DNA of 62,596 bases, counting the filler, from Chiloscyllium plagiosum (Eukaryota), in the NCBI RefSeq assembly GCF_004010195.1. It is 4 parts of one record of this genome, joined end to end, with 100 filler letters (N's around TTAATTAATTAA, not from the genome) between each part and the next. Parts side by side here need not be neighbours in the genome. Positions count along the whole stretch, not along the records: positions 1 to 31,909 come from NC_057717.1; 3 more parts are not named here. One strand, 5' to 3'. The position numbers were made by a program, and so were the translations under genes. This document shows, in pieces, positions 1 to 10,073 of this stretch. The notes beneath the pieces are model-generated. The model did no database searches. It saw only the letters and a program-made list of their open reading frames with translations, and was not told where the DNA came from. Position 1 is the stretch's first letter. The number at the start of each line of letters is the position of its first letter.

Positions 1-445
1 CATGCCTCTCTCTCTCGCTCCCTCACTCTCTCAGCCCCTCATTCTCTATATCTTCCTTCTCTCCTATTCTCTCTCTCTCTCGCCTCCCCATCTCTCTCGT
101 CCACTTTCTATCACCTTGTCCCTCTCTAAAACTTGCCCGCTTTCTCTCTCGCCCCATCCCTCGCACCTCTCTGTCTCTCTCTCTCTCTCTCGCCTCTGTC
201 TCTCATTATCTTCCACCCCGTCTCTCTCTCTCCCTACCTCACCCTATCTCTCTCTTTCCCCCTGCTTATTCTTCCTGCTCCTTCAATCTCTCTCCCCGTT
301 CTTTCACTCTCGATCCCCTTCCCTTGATCTCTCTCTCTCTCTCCTCACCTCCCTCCGTTTCTCTCTGACTGAATCTCTCTCCCTCCTGTCCCTCCCTTCC
401 TCTCTCTCTGACATACTCTGTCTCCCTGGCCCTTCCCTCTCCCTC
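1..445. repeat. CT-rich polypyrimidine low-complexity tract
   Basis: Almost all C/T with many (CT)n runs; overlapping Ser/Leu/Pro ORFs are compositional artefacts. Confidence 0.9.
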
Positions 446-481
446 TGACCCAGAGGCTGGGGGTTGGTGGTGACGCTGCGT

Positions 482-790
482 GTGGAGGGTGGGGTAAGAT
501 GATAAAGATATATGGGACATTGGAGGAGGGGAAAATGGTGTAGAGACGGAATTGCGGGAGGGAGACAGAGACGGCAGGAGAGAGAGGGGGGGAGAGAAAC
601 AATAGTGGAGGCAGGTGGAGAAACCGGGGTGGGGGGTGTCTGAGAGGGAACGAGATAGAGTGAAAGGGGGAGGTGGTTAGAAAGAGACAGTGTGCAAAAA
701 GAGAGAGAGAGAGAGGGAGGGAGAGAAGTGATGAGAAAGAGTAGGGGAGAGGAAATGGGGAGTCCAGGTTGAAGTGGGAGGGACAGAGTG
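482..790. repeat. GA-rich polypurine low-complexity tract
   Basis: G/A-rich with (GA)n runs, e.g. gagagagagagagagggagg at ~701-720. Confidence 0.85.
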
Positions 791-948
791 AGTTAAACCA
801 AGCTCCTGAGCTCAGGGCGCGGTGCCGTCCCCTTCCCTGAGGACCAGGACTTGGGGCTGTGTCTGTCTCTCTCCAGCTCAGCTTCTCCAACACAAAGACA
901 CACAACCACATCGGTCAATCTGCTGCTCGGCACGCTTTAATCAACATT

Positions 949-954
949 TTTATT
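949..954 (-). terminator. Putative polyadenylation signal of the GPCR locus
   Basis: AATAAA on the minus strand ~240 bp after the GPCR stop, followed by a GU-rich element (tgtggttgtgtgtctttgtgtt, plus-strand ~889-910). Confidence 0.5.
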
Positions 955-1190
955 GGTTACAAATGGAAGTGATGGATACAATCAGTGGGATGGTGCCTTT
1001 GCTCACTGGCCCCTGAGTAGTGACATTGAAATGCTTCCCTGTAACCCCCCTGTGGGATAAGGATGGACAAACCAGCGCTACCCTCAGTCTGTTACCATAG
1101 CGACAGGCTGCTCCATCGCTGAAACACTGAACTGAAATGAGAACATTCCGGATGGATTGATTAATGAGGGAATTTGATTAATGGATGGAT

Positions 1191-1913
1191 TTAGGAGGAG
1201 GTATGTTTCAGCACATTCTTCAGCTGCTGCCTGAACTTAGTCTGGGTCACGGCATAAATCGCGGTGTTTGTGCAGCAACTGAGGAGCTGCAGCATGAAGC
1301 CCAATTCCCGCACAAAGGGATGGAGATACACAGGGGTATACACAATATACCACAGCCGGAACCATATAGAATACAGCATTAACGTTGACCATAAAAGGAT
1401 GAAATTGGCCGAGATCACAAACAGTAAAGTGATGGATTTTTTTCGGTTTATCATTTCTGTATCAGACTGAGCGTCCCCATTGGTGTGAGCGTGGAGTCTC
1501 CTGCGGGCTCTGCTGGTCACTAAAATGTGTCTGACGGTGAGAACATTGAGCAGCAGAATCAGGAGAAATGGGACACCCGGGGTTAGAATATGGTGGAGGA
1601 ACTCGATTGTGCCCCAGACAATGGAGTAATAAACAGCGGCTGTTACACCACAAAACCAGGGGGCGTTCACCAGCCAATACCGAGTCTTGAGCATAAAATA
1701 CCAGGAAATGTTCTTTAAACAGCTCAGCCCAGTCACTGCCCCCAGAACCACAGCCGCCGTTTTCTCACTGCAATATTTACTTTTCAGCATCTGGCAACAA
1801 ATGGCCACAAACCGATCAAAGCTGAAAGTGACAGTGAACCAGACAGAGCAGTCAGTGGCTGCATAAAGCAGGACGGCGTGGATATTACACACGCGGACGG
1901 GTCACTACGTTAA
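1191..1913 (-). pseudogene. Class A GPCR, GPR139/GPR142-like shark type; terminal exon, probably pseudogenised
   Basis: ORF 1191-1892 encodes TM3-TM7: CNIHAVLLYAATDCSVWFTVTFSFDRFVAIC (DRF for DRY), TPGVPFLLILLLN (TM5), KSITLLFVISANFILLW (TM6), LLSCCTNTAIY (NPxxY variant), helix 8 TQTKFRQQLK. Polypyrimidine/CAG acceptor at 1914-1916. Exon start (V-N-V-V-T, TM1 end) is fused out of frame to V-R-V-C-N just before TM3. Confidence 0.85.
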
Positions 1914-2473
1914 CTGTGAGGAAGGAAAATAAACCAATTATCCATCAGCCTGGAGGCAAAGGGATCCATTTGATCGGGGACCCAGTGAGATTTCCAAATG
2001 TGTCCCTGTATTCAGGGATTTATTAAAATAATTGGAGCTGGAATAACAAATGGGAAGTTTGGAATTACTGACAAAAAAGTGACATAAATCACAGGAAACC
2101 CTGCCTCCCCAAACACACAGAGACACATCCATAAGGACAGATGGTTTCCAGGATATTCCCACACACTCGATCACTCGAGAGGAGACACAGGTAACTCCTT
2201 CCCAGTTCCTAATACGGAGGGTGGAAACGTTACTGTCCTGAAGGATTCTCTCCCAATTTCCTGAAGACAAACGGGGTTTGGGAATTTCTGTATTTTGGTC
2301 TAATTTGTGGTCGATCCTGTGTCGTGGAGAAATGTAAACGCAGGGAAAACGTATTCACCCCTTTAACTGCCTGAGGGGCTTTCGGAACAGAGTCTCCTTC
2401 TCCCTGGAACGGGATCTCTTCCCTCGGGATCTTATCGTTTGTTCAATTCACTGACGTCCGGCCATTGACAAAC

Positions 2474-2815
2474 AATGTCAGGGACAGACCGTTCCGGGGA
2501 ATGTCAGTTATAGAATGTCGTGGACAGAACTTTCCGGGGAATGGCAGTTATAGAGTGTTGGGGACAGAACGTTCCGGGGAATGGCAGTTATAGAATGTCG
2601 TGGACTGGACGTTCCGGGGAATGTCAGTTATAGAATGTCAGGGACAGAACTTTCTGGGGAATGGCAGTTATAGAGTGTTGGGGACAGAACGTTCCGGGGA
2701 ATGGCAGTTATAGAATGTCGTGGACAGGACGTTCCGGGGAATGTCACTTATAGAATGTTGGGAACAGAACTTTCCGGGGAATGGCAGTTATAGAATGTTT
2801 GGAACAGAGCGTTGC
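2474..2815. repeat. 40-bp minisatellite, ~8.5 copies
   Basis: Unit gggacagaacgttccggggaatggcagttatagaatgtcg recurs at 2481, 2521, 2561, 2601, 2641, 2681, 2721, 2761. Confidence 0.95.
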
Positions 2816-2927
2816 GGGTAACCCCTTGACCTGTCCATCACCTTTCCCCCCTACCCAACCTACCTATATGATGTAATGTGCATGGACACACTTTAACGTG
2901 AATGGGGTGAGAGACGGAGGGTTCAAT

Positions 2928-3060
2928 CACAGGAATGGGAACTAAAGGCATCGCCAGATCAGCTGAAAGGGTTAGATATACCACATTCTCAATCCACCTC
3001 ACAGCGCCAGCCCAGACCCCATAAAGCCAGAGGATATATCCGTTCTCTGTGGAACATGGT
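2928..3060 (-). pseudogene. Possible decayed first coding exon (N-terminus/TM1) of the GPCR
   Basis: Minus-strand translation AVRWIENVVYLTLSADLAMPLVPIP loosely resembles the IENIYYPxLAxxGVP exon-1 end of this family and lies ~1 kb upstream of the acceptor; no clean phase-1 GT donor. Confidence 0.25.
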
Positions 3061-3175
3061 GTACACCCGGCCAATGTACTGCTCAGTACAAACCAGCAAT
3101 CTTTGCAGATTCATCCACTGCATTGGTCAATACAATCCAGCAATCTGTCCAGAGTGGAACACTGCACAGATCAGA

Positions 3176-4232
3176 TCAGGGCATTGATCTATAATCCCAG
3201 GCCACATATCTGCCCACGTGGTGAGAAGTGCAGACCACAGCAGTGCATTGATCTATAACCCCGGATTCGATATCTGTCAAGCACCAAGAGCTGTGCAGAC
3301 CACAGCAGTGCATTGATCTATAAACCCGAATTAGATATCTGTCCAGCACGGGGAGCTGTGGAGACCACATCAGTGCATTGATCTATAAATGCGGATTAGA
3401 TATCTGTCCAGCACGGGGAGCTGTGCAGACCAATCATTGCATTGATCTATAAACCCGGATTAGATATCTCTCCAGCATGGGGAGAAGTGCAGACCACAGC
3501 AGTGCATTGATCTATAAACCCGGATTAGATATCTCTCCAGCACCAAGAGCTGTGCAGACCACATCAATGCATTGATCTATAAACCCAGATTAGATATTTG
3601 TCCAGCACGGTGAGCTGTGCAGACCACAACAGGGCATTATCTATAAACCTCAACCATATAGTCTGACCAGCACAGCGACCTGTGCAGTGGTCACCCGTGA
3701 ATTAATCTGTAAACCAGGAGCAGCTACCCTCCCAACATGTAGGGCAGTGTACCCCATCCCAGTGCATTGATCTGTAACCCAGGAGCAGTTATCCTCCCAG
3801 CATGTAGGACTGTGTACCCCACCCCAGTGCATTGATCTGTAACCCAGGAGCAGTTACCCTCCCAGCATGTGGGACTGTGTACCCCACCCCAATGCATTGA
3901 TCTGTAACCCAGGAGCAGTTATCCTCCCAGCATGTAGGGCAGTGTACCCCACCCCAGTGCATTGATCAATAAACCAGGAGCAGTTACCCTCCCAGCATGT
4001 AGAGCTGTGTGCACCACCCCAGTGCATTGATCAGTAAACCAGGAGCAGTTACCCTCCCAGCATGTAGAGCTGTGTACACCACCCCAGTGCATTGATCTGT
4101 AACCCAGGAGCAGTTAGCCTCCCAGCATGTAGGACTGTGTACACCTCCCCAGTGCATTGATCTGTAACCCAGGAGCAGTTACCCTCCCAACATGTAGGAC
4201 TGTGTACACTACCGCAGTGCATTGGTCTGTCA
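3176..4232. repeat. 65-bp minisatellite, ~16 copies in two sub-arrays
   Basis: Anchor cagtgcattgatct(a/g)taa (with variants) at 3241, 3306, 3371, 3435, 3500, 3565, 3630, 3695, 3760, 3825, 3890 and onward. Confidence 0.95.
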
Positions 4233-4439
4233 CACTGTGTTAGATCCCTGCCCAGTGTGGAGAAACATGCAGCCCATGCTGGAATTGACAGGATGTGCAG
4301 TTCACATCCATTTCAATCTCCATCTCTCCATTGTGCCCTGACAGGGGGTTGCTGTGGGTGTGAACATCATTGCCAAAGAGATACAGAGATGGAGGGGGAA
4401 TCAATTTAAACAATAACAAATGGGAGGGGTATGGGAAAT

Positions 4440-5005
4440 AGACAGAGAGGGGGAGACTGAGAGACAATGTTATGGAAGGATGTGTTCCCAGGTTTTAGAA
4501 TGTAGCAATGAAAACATTTTAACAGCATTCTGTAACATTAGTGTTTCCAGGAATGGTAGGTGAACATGATATTGGTGGGAGCACAGATTGTGCAGAGTTT
4601 TGGATGAGTATTTGTTCCGCAGCTTTGTATCTGGGTGTTTGGGTCAGCAGAGTCTTTGACTCATTGAGCTAAATCTAACAATAATTTATCTCAGTGCTAT
4701 TTCCATTGACTGTGAAAGAGGGATCATCTACACGAGGCCGAGCTAGTTTCCTGGTGCTATCTTATCGAACTCACCACATTAACTACCCACCCTACCACAT
4801 GGTGCCCCTCTCATTCAATACCAGCCCGATTCTCCCACCCAATATGGCTGGAGGTACTCACCATCGCCCGGGTGCCCCTGGATATTCCATGATCCATGAC
4901 ACTGGCGCCATCTTTAAAAGACCACTGAGCACACGGTTGAGCTTTCTCTGTTAGGAGCTGCCCTGCACAGTTGACCCAAGCATGACAGATAAGGAGTGAT
5001 TACAC
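4440..5005. repeat. Unclassified repeat, copy 1 (homologous to 8262-8832)
   Basis: Collinear shared blocks: cctggtgctatcttatcgaactcacc, ccagcccgattctcccaccc, gccatctttaaaag, gagctgccctg. Confidence 0.8.
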
Positions 5006-5399
5006 CACCTGGTGGATGGGCTGGGTGGTGGAGTGCCCGATATCCGTTCCCTCCCCCCTCGCCCTGCCATGTGGTGACGACCCTGTTACGAGCCAGAGAG
5101 GACCGGGTTGCCTCGTGTGGAGACTCTGAAACATCCACGTCCCACCGACCGAGTAAGGAGCAATATTCAGTGAAGGGCAATTCTCAGTTTAAACCCACTG
5201 GCAGTTCCGTTTCCCACCCCCGGCACAACTTAGAAGCCATGGCCGTGATGCCATCTCCCTTTTGATTCGAGCTGTTACAAATGGTCTCAGTGGGCAGGAG
5301 GGTGAGCTCACAACACATCGTCACCACCACCTCCCAGGAAGGGAGCACGAAGACTCCCTCCTACACCTCCCTCTGTAAACAGCTCAGATACTGAAAATA

Positions 5400-5700
5400 A
5401 TCTGTGATAGTTACTGCTCTCCTCACTTGTCCTGATATCTTCAACAATCTGTGCTCATATACATGCAGCGTTCTCTGTTCCTGCAGCCCCTTTATAATGG
5501 CACAGCCTGCTTTAAACTGCCGTTCAATGTCTTTCCTACCAAAGTGCATCATTTCACACAGCTCTGCATTGATCCCCATCTGCCATAAACCTGAACCAAC
5601 GTGTGATTGTCCTGTTAGCGTTCCACACTCTCCTCCATAGACTTCAGAGTTCTTCCAGGTTTGGTGCCATCTACGAACATTGAGATTGTCATAGCCTCAC
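5400..5700 (-). mobile_element. CR1-type LINE ORF2 C-terminal fragment
   Basis: Translation INAELCEMMHFGRKD...EQRTLHV...LKISGQV matches the CR1 FNxxKCEVMHFGRKN...QRDLGV region. Confidence 0.7.
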
Positions 5701-5908
5701 AGTCCCGATGAAACAAGTGAAATCCTGCCCCACACACACGAGTGTGAGCAAGTGAAATACTGATATATTCCCACGGACAGAGTCGACATGCTGTCAATGA
5801 GCAACAAAAATCGTGACACATACGAGACAGAGTAGATGAAATATTGACAAACCACAGAGCAAGAGAAATCCGGATAGGTTCCATTAATCGATATTCATCA
5901 GGTTATAA

Positions 5909-6257
5909 TGTGATGAAGTTGAAAGTGTGTACTGTACCTTTCAGAGAGAGGGAATGCTGTTCTGAACTGAGAGCTTACAAGCATCTGTGTGTATGAGAGG
6001 ATGGCAGACCCAGAAACAATATATTGCTATGCAGCTGGAGTCGGGTAATAAGCAATTAAGAGAAAGGGGGTCCCAGAGTTGTGAATAGTTCATGTAAAAT
6101 GTTCACTTTCAGCGTGAAAAAATAAATTGATGTTTTTATTTAAACAGTGGAATTTGGGAGTTCTCTGTCCCTCATGTTTTAACAGTTTACGAGGCGAACT
6201 GAGCATTCCTTATGTTTCATTTACATTATCAGATGAGCTTCACGCCGTGTCCAAACC
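5909..6257 (+). mobile_element. Probable solo LTR
   Basis: Starts TGTGATGAAG, has an internal AATAAA (~6121) and a degenerate ...ccgtgtccaaac end resembling a TAACA terminus; ~350 bp; no clear TSD. Confidence 0.45.
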
Positions 6258-6449
6258 TTTCCCGTGTGTGCATCTGTGTGTCTTTGTGTGGGGCAGGTCT
6301 GGCAGTCTCTGTGGTACTTAAAGTGATGCAATGTCCCCCTCTGCTGGCCTCCACACGCCACTGCACAGGCATTGGCAGAGGGTGAAAACAAACAGGGATT
6401 CATTTGAAGAGGGAGAGGGAGAGGGCAGCTGCTCATAGCACCATCCAAA

Positions 6450-6835
6450 CTGATGTCTCATCCATGGACAGATCTAAACGTCTTTTAAACATTGTAAGTG
6501 CACACACTTTCACCACTTCCTCTGGAAGTTCATTCCACACACAAGCCAGCTTTTGTCTAAAGTAATTACCACTCATGATTTTTTGTAAATCTTTTTCCTC
6601 GCACCTTAAAATATCCCTCAGTCTTGAGCCCTCGATTCTAGGGAAAAGACATTGGCCCTTCAGCTTTTCTGTACCCCTCATGATTTCGTAAACCTCCGTA
6701 ACGTCATACCCTCAATCTCATGCTCTCCAGTGAAAAAACGTCCCAGCCTATCCAGCCTCCCCTTACAGCTCACTCCCTCCATTCCCAGGAACATCCAGAT
6801 TAATCTCTTCTGCACACTCTCCAGCTTAATAATAT
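6450..6835 (-). mobile_element. CR1-type LINE 3' fragment
   Basis: DIIKLESVQKRLIWM...RLDRLG...VWNELPEEVV...FKRRLD, typical of the CR1 ORF2 C-terminus. Confidence 0.85.
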
Positions 6836-6932
6836 CGAAATCAGAAATATCAAAGTGAATAGACAAGATATTTTCTAAGGGTGGGTGAGACCAAATCTCG
6901 AGGACATAGTTTTAAAGTGAGTGGGGAAAAAT

Positions 6933-7432
6933 NNNNNNNNNNNNNNNNNNNNNNNNNNNNNNNNNNNNNNNNNNNNNNNNNNNNNNNNNNNNNNNNNNNN
7001 NNNNNNNNNNNNNNNNNNNNNNNNNNNNNNNNNNNNNNNNNNNNNNNNNNNNNNNNNNNNNNNNNNNNNNNNNNNNNNNNNNNNNNNNNNNNNNNNNNNN
7101 NNNNNNNNNNNNNNNNNNNNNNNNNNNNNNNNNNNNNNNNNNNNNNNNNNNNNNNNNNNNNNNNNNNNNNNNNNNNNNNNNNNNNNNNNNNNNNNNNNNN
7201 NNNNNNNNNNNNNNNNNNNNNNNNNNNNNNNNNNNNNNNNNNNNNNNNNNNNNNNNNNNNNNNNNNNNNNNNNNNNNNNNNNNNNNNNNNNNNNNNNNNN
7301 NNNNNNNNNNNNNNNNNNNNNNNNNNNNNNNNNNNNNNNNNNNNNNNNNNNNNNNNNNNNNNNNNNNNNNNNNNNNNNNNNNNNNNNNNNNNNNNNNNNN
7401 NNNNNNNNNNNNNNNNNNNNNNNNNNNNNNNN
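6933..7432. other. Assembly gap (500 N)
   Basis: N run. Confidence 1.
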
Positions 7433-8242
7433 GTGGGCTGAGAAATAGCAAATGGAGTTTAATATAGATATGTGCAACATCTTTCATTTTGGAAAGTCAA
7501 ATTCAGGTGGGAGTTTAATGGTGAATGAGAGGGCCTTAAGGAGTGTAGTGGAACAAAAGGATGTTGGAAATCAAGTACACGGTTGTCTGAATTTGAGTCG
7601 CAGATGTGCAGGACAGTGAAAAAAGCTGCTGGCACACTGGCCTACATCAGGGCATTGAGTATAGAACGTTATGTTGCCGTTGTACAGGATGTTGGTAAGG
7701 CTGCAGTTGGAGTATTGTGCTCAGTTTTGTTCACCTTGCCCTTGAAAATGATATTATTGAACTAGAAAGAATGTAGAAGAAATTTACAAAGATGTTTCCT
7801 GGGCTAAAGGGTCTGAATTATAGGGAGAGGTTGGACACGTTAGAACATATTTCTTTACTGCGTAGAAAACTGAGGGGGATTATATAGAAGTGTAGCTCTT
7901 ATCAAGTCATGAGAACCCTGCATAGGGTGAATATTTCAATTTTTTTGCAAGGTTGGGGAACCAAGAACTGGAGGACATCTGTTAATGTTTGGAGAGGACA
8001 AAAATAAAAAGGAACCTGTGGGTCAACGTTTTTACACAGACTGTGTTTTGCATATGGACTGTGCTGCCAGTGGAAGTGGTTGAGGTGGGTACAATAGCAA
8101 CATTAAAAAGGTATTTGGATAAATACATGGATAGGAATGGAGCAAGGGCAGGGAAATGGGGTGAGTGTGGATGCACATTTTGGTCGGCATGTACCAGCTG
8201 GGCTGAAGGGCCTTTTTCCATGCAGTAGAAACGTATGACTGT
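7433..8242 (+). mobile_element. CR1/HER1-type LINE 3' portion with tail
   Basis: WAEK*QMEFN...HFGKSN; NVFTQTVFCIWTVLPVEVVEVGTIATLKRYLD; 3' tail ggctgaagggcct...tatgact. Confidence 0.85.
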
Positions 8243-8261
8243 AAATACGTGTATTTCAGGA

Positions 8262-8832
8262 TAGAGACAGAGAGGGACAGACTGAGAAAACATGTCATGG
8301 AAAGATATGTTCACAGGTTTCAGAATGCTGATATGAAGACATTTCTATAGTATCATGCAACACGGGTCAGTATTATGAAGAATTATGAGTGAATGGAATA
8401 TTGCTGTGAGTTCAGGCAATGGAGAGTTTTTAATGAGCATTTGTTCTGCAGCTTTGTAACTGGGAGTGAGGACAGCAGAGTCTTCGGCTCATTGAACTGT
8501 ATAAAATAGTAATTTGTCACAGTGTCTTTTTCATTGACTGTGACAGAGTGATTGTCTGTACGAAGCTGAGCTATTTTCCTGGTGCTATCTTATCGAACTC
8601 ACCTCATTAAATACCACCCACCCCACCCACATCTCATTGAATGCCAGCCCGATTCTCCCACCCATCATGATTGGAAGTACTCACAGTCGGCCGGATGTCC
8701 CTAGATATTCCGTGTTCCCTGACTCTGGTGCCATCTTTAAAAGGCCAAGGGGCACATGGCTGAACTCTCTCTGTTTGGAGCTGCCCTGTACAGTTTACCC
8801 CAAGCATGGCAGATAAGGGGCAATTATAACAC
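8262..8832. repeat. Unclassified repeat, copy 2 (homologous to 4440-5005)
   Basis: Same orientation and collinear with copy 1, visibly diverged. Confidence 0.8.
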
Positions 8833-9857
8833 AGTTTGTTGACGGTGCATGGTGTGCATAGTGGATGGGCTAGTACAGAGGTGGACCATTCCCTTCCTAG
8901 ACGGAGCCATACCACCAGACCCACCGAGCATGGTCTGTGCTCAGCACCCAGCTCAGTACAGTTTCTGTGGCCTGAAGAAATGTCCAGCAATACAGGACAA
9001 ACATCATTAACCTTCCCCGCTCTGTCAGGGTAAGGGTAACCATATTCTCTCTGCTCCCTCACACTCACTGTATATCTGTTATACCACGAACAAGGCTCAT
9101 GCTCCACCACTCTCACTGCGGCATTCAGCAGCTTCGCTCTCTCTCTCTCGCCTTTGCAGTACCCCCCACACTGTTAGAGAATATTCCAGAGAATACCAAT
9201 TATGGAATGTTCCAGTAAGTGTTCCAAATAATGCCCAGTTTCAGGAAAATGGCCGTGCCCCAGTGTGTAACAAATAAGTGGAAGGAGTAGAGATGCACGT
9301 TTTCCAAATCACACACATTTCAAACCATGTTGAGGACATTCAGCCCTTCAAACATGCTCTCGCATTTAATAAGGTCCCGGCTGATCTGATGCTTTCCTCA
9401 GCTCCACGTTACTGGAACTTTAAGTCATTCAACCCCCTGGATTCCAGTCACTGTCCAGACGGCACTCAGACACTTTTAGCCCAGTTTTCTTCAAGCGGCT
9501 GTTTGAGGGCATTTCCCATGAAACTCACTCTCCTAACAGTATATTCCATCAACTATATACTTGCATGCAACGGTCAGCATACTTTACACAGACCAAACAA
9601 AAATCTACACTTATTTTATGGTTTCCTATATCCAATCGCACTTAGTAATTCTGGTTATTTCACTTGACTCACCTTAATGATATTAAACCAAAAACAGCTT
9701 CGAAACACGTCTTGTTATAAAATACAATTTCGAGCAGAGAACGTTTTTACCCTCAGCCGTTATCTTGACCATTATCTGAATTGCACCACTTTCCTTGTTA
9801 TGAATGTTTCTCTTCCACTTTGCCTGTGACTGTTTCTGTGTGTAACAGTTACATAAT

Positions 9858-10035
9858 CGCCACTCAGTTGGCTGGATGGCAGGTTTGTGATGTAGATTGA
9901 GGCCAACAGCGCAGGTTCAGTTCCTCACACTGACAGAGGTTACCATGAAGGGGACAGTCTCTCATCCTCACCCCATCACCCGAGGTGTGGTGACCCTCAG
10001 GATAAACCACCATGAGTGGTCTCTCTAATGAGAGT
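9858..10035 (+). mobile_element. tRNA-derived SINE, non-HE1 family
   Basis: A-box-like ctcagttggctgg and B-box-like ggttcagttcc; body cccgaggtgtggtgaccctcagg..aaaccacc; reverse-complement relative at 39820-39945. Confidence 0.6.
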
Positions 10036-10073
10036 TATTTGGGACTCTATTCTATCAATGTTAGTATTCTACT

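Noticed and set aside
2..911. Long Ser/Leu/Pro-rich and Glu/Arg-rich ORFs
   Set aside because: Products of stop-poor CT and GA low-complexity DNA.
1938..2270. 110-aa minus-strand ORF just upstream of the GPCR exon as a possible N-terminus
   Set aside because: No TM1 or TM2 motifs, and it ends in a stop upstream of the splice acceptor, so it is likely intronic.
2474..4232. Regularly spaced repeats resembling a CRISPR array
   Set aside because: The intervening sequences are themselves repeated rather than unique spacers; no cas genes; vertebrate context.
6875..7487. Long ORFs across N runs (also ~41 kb and ~58 kb)
   Set aside because: Artefacts of assembly gaps.
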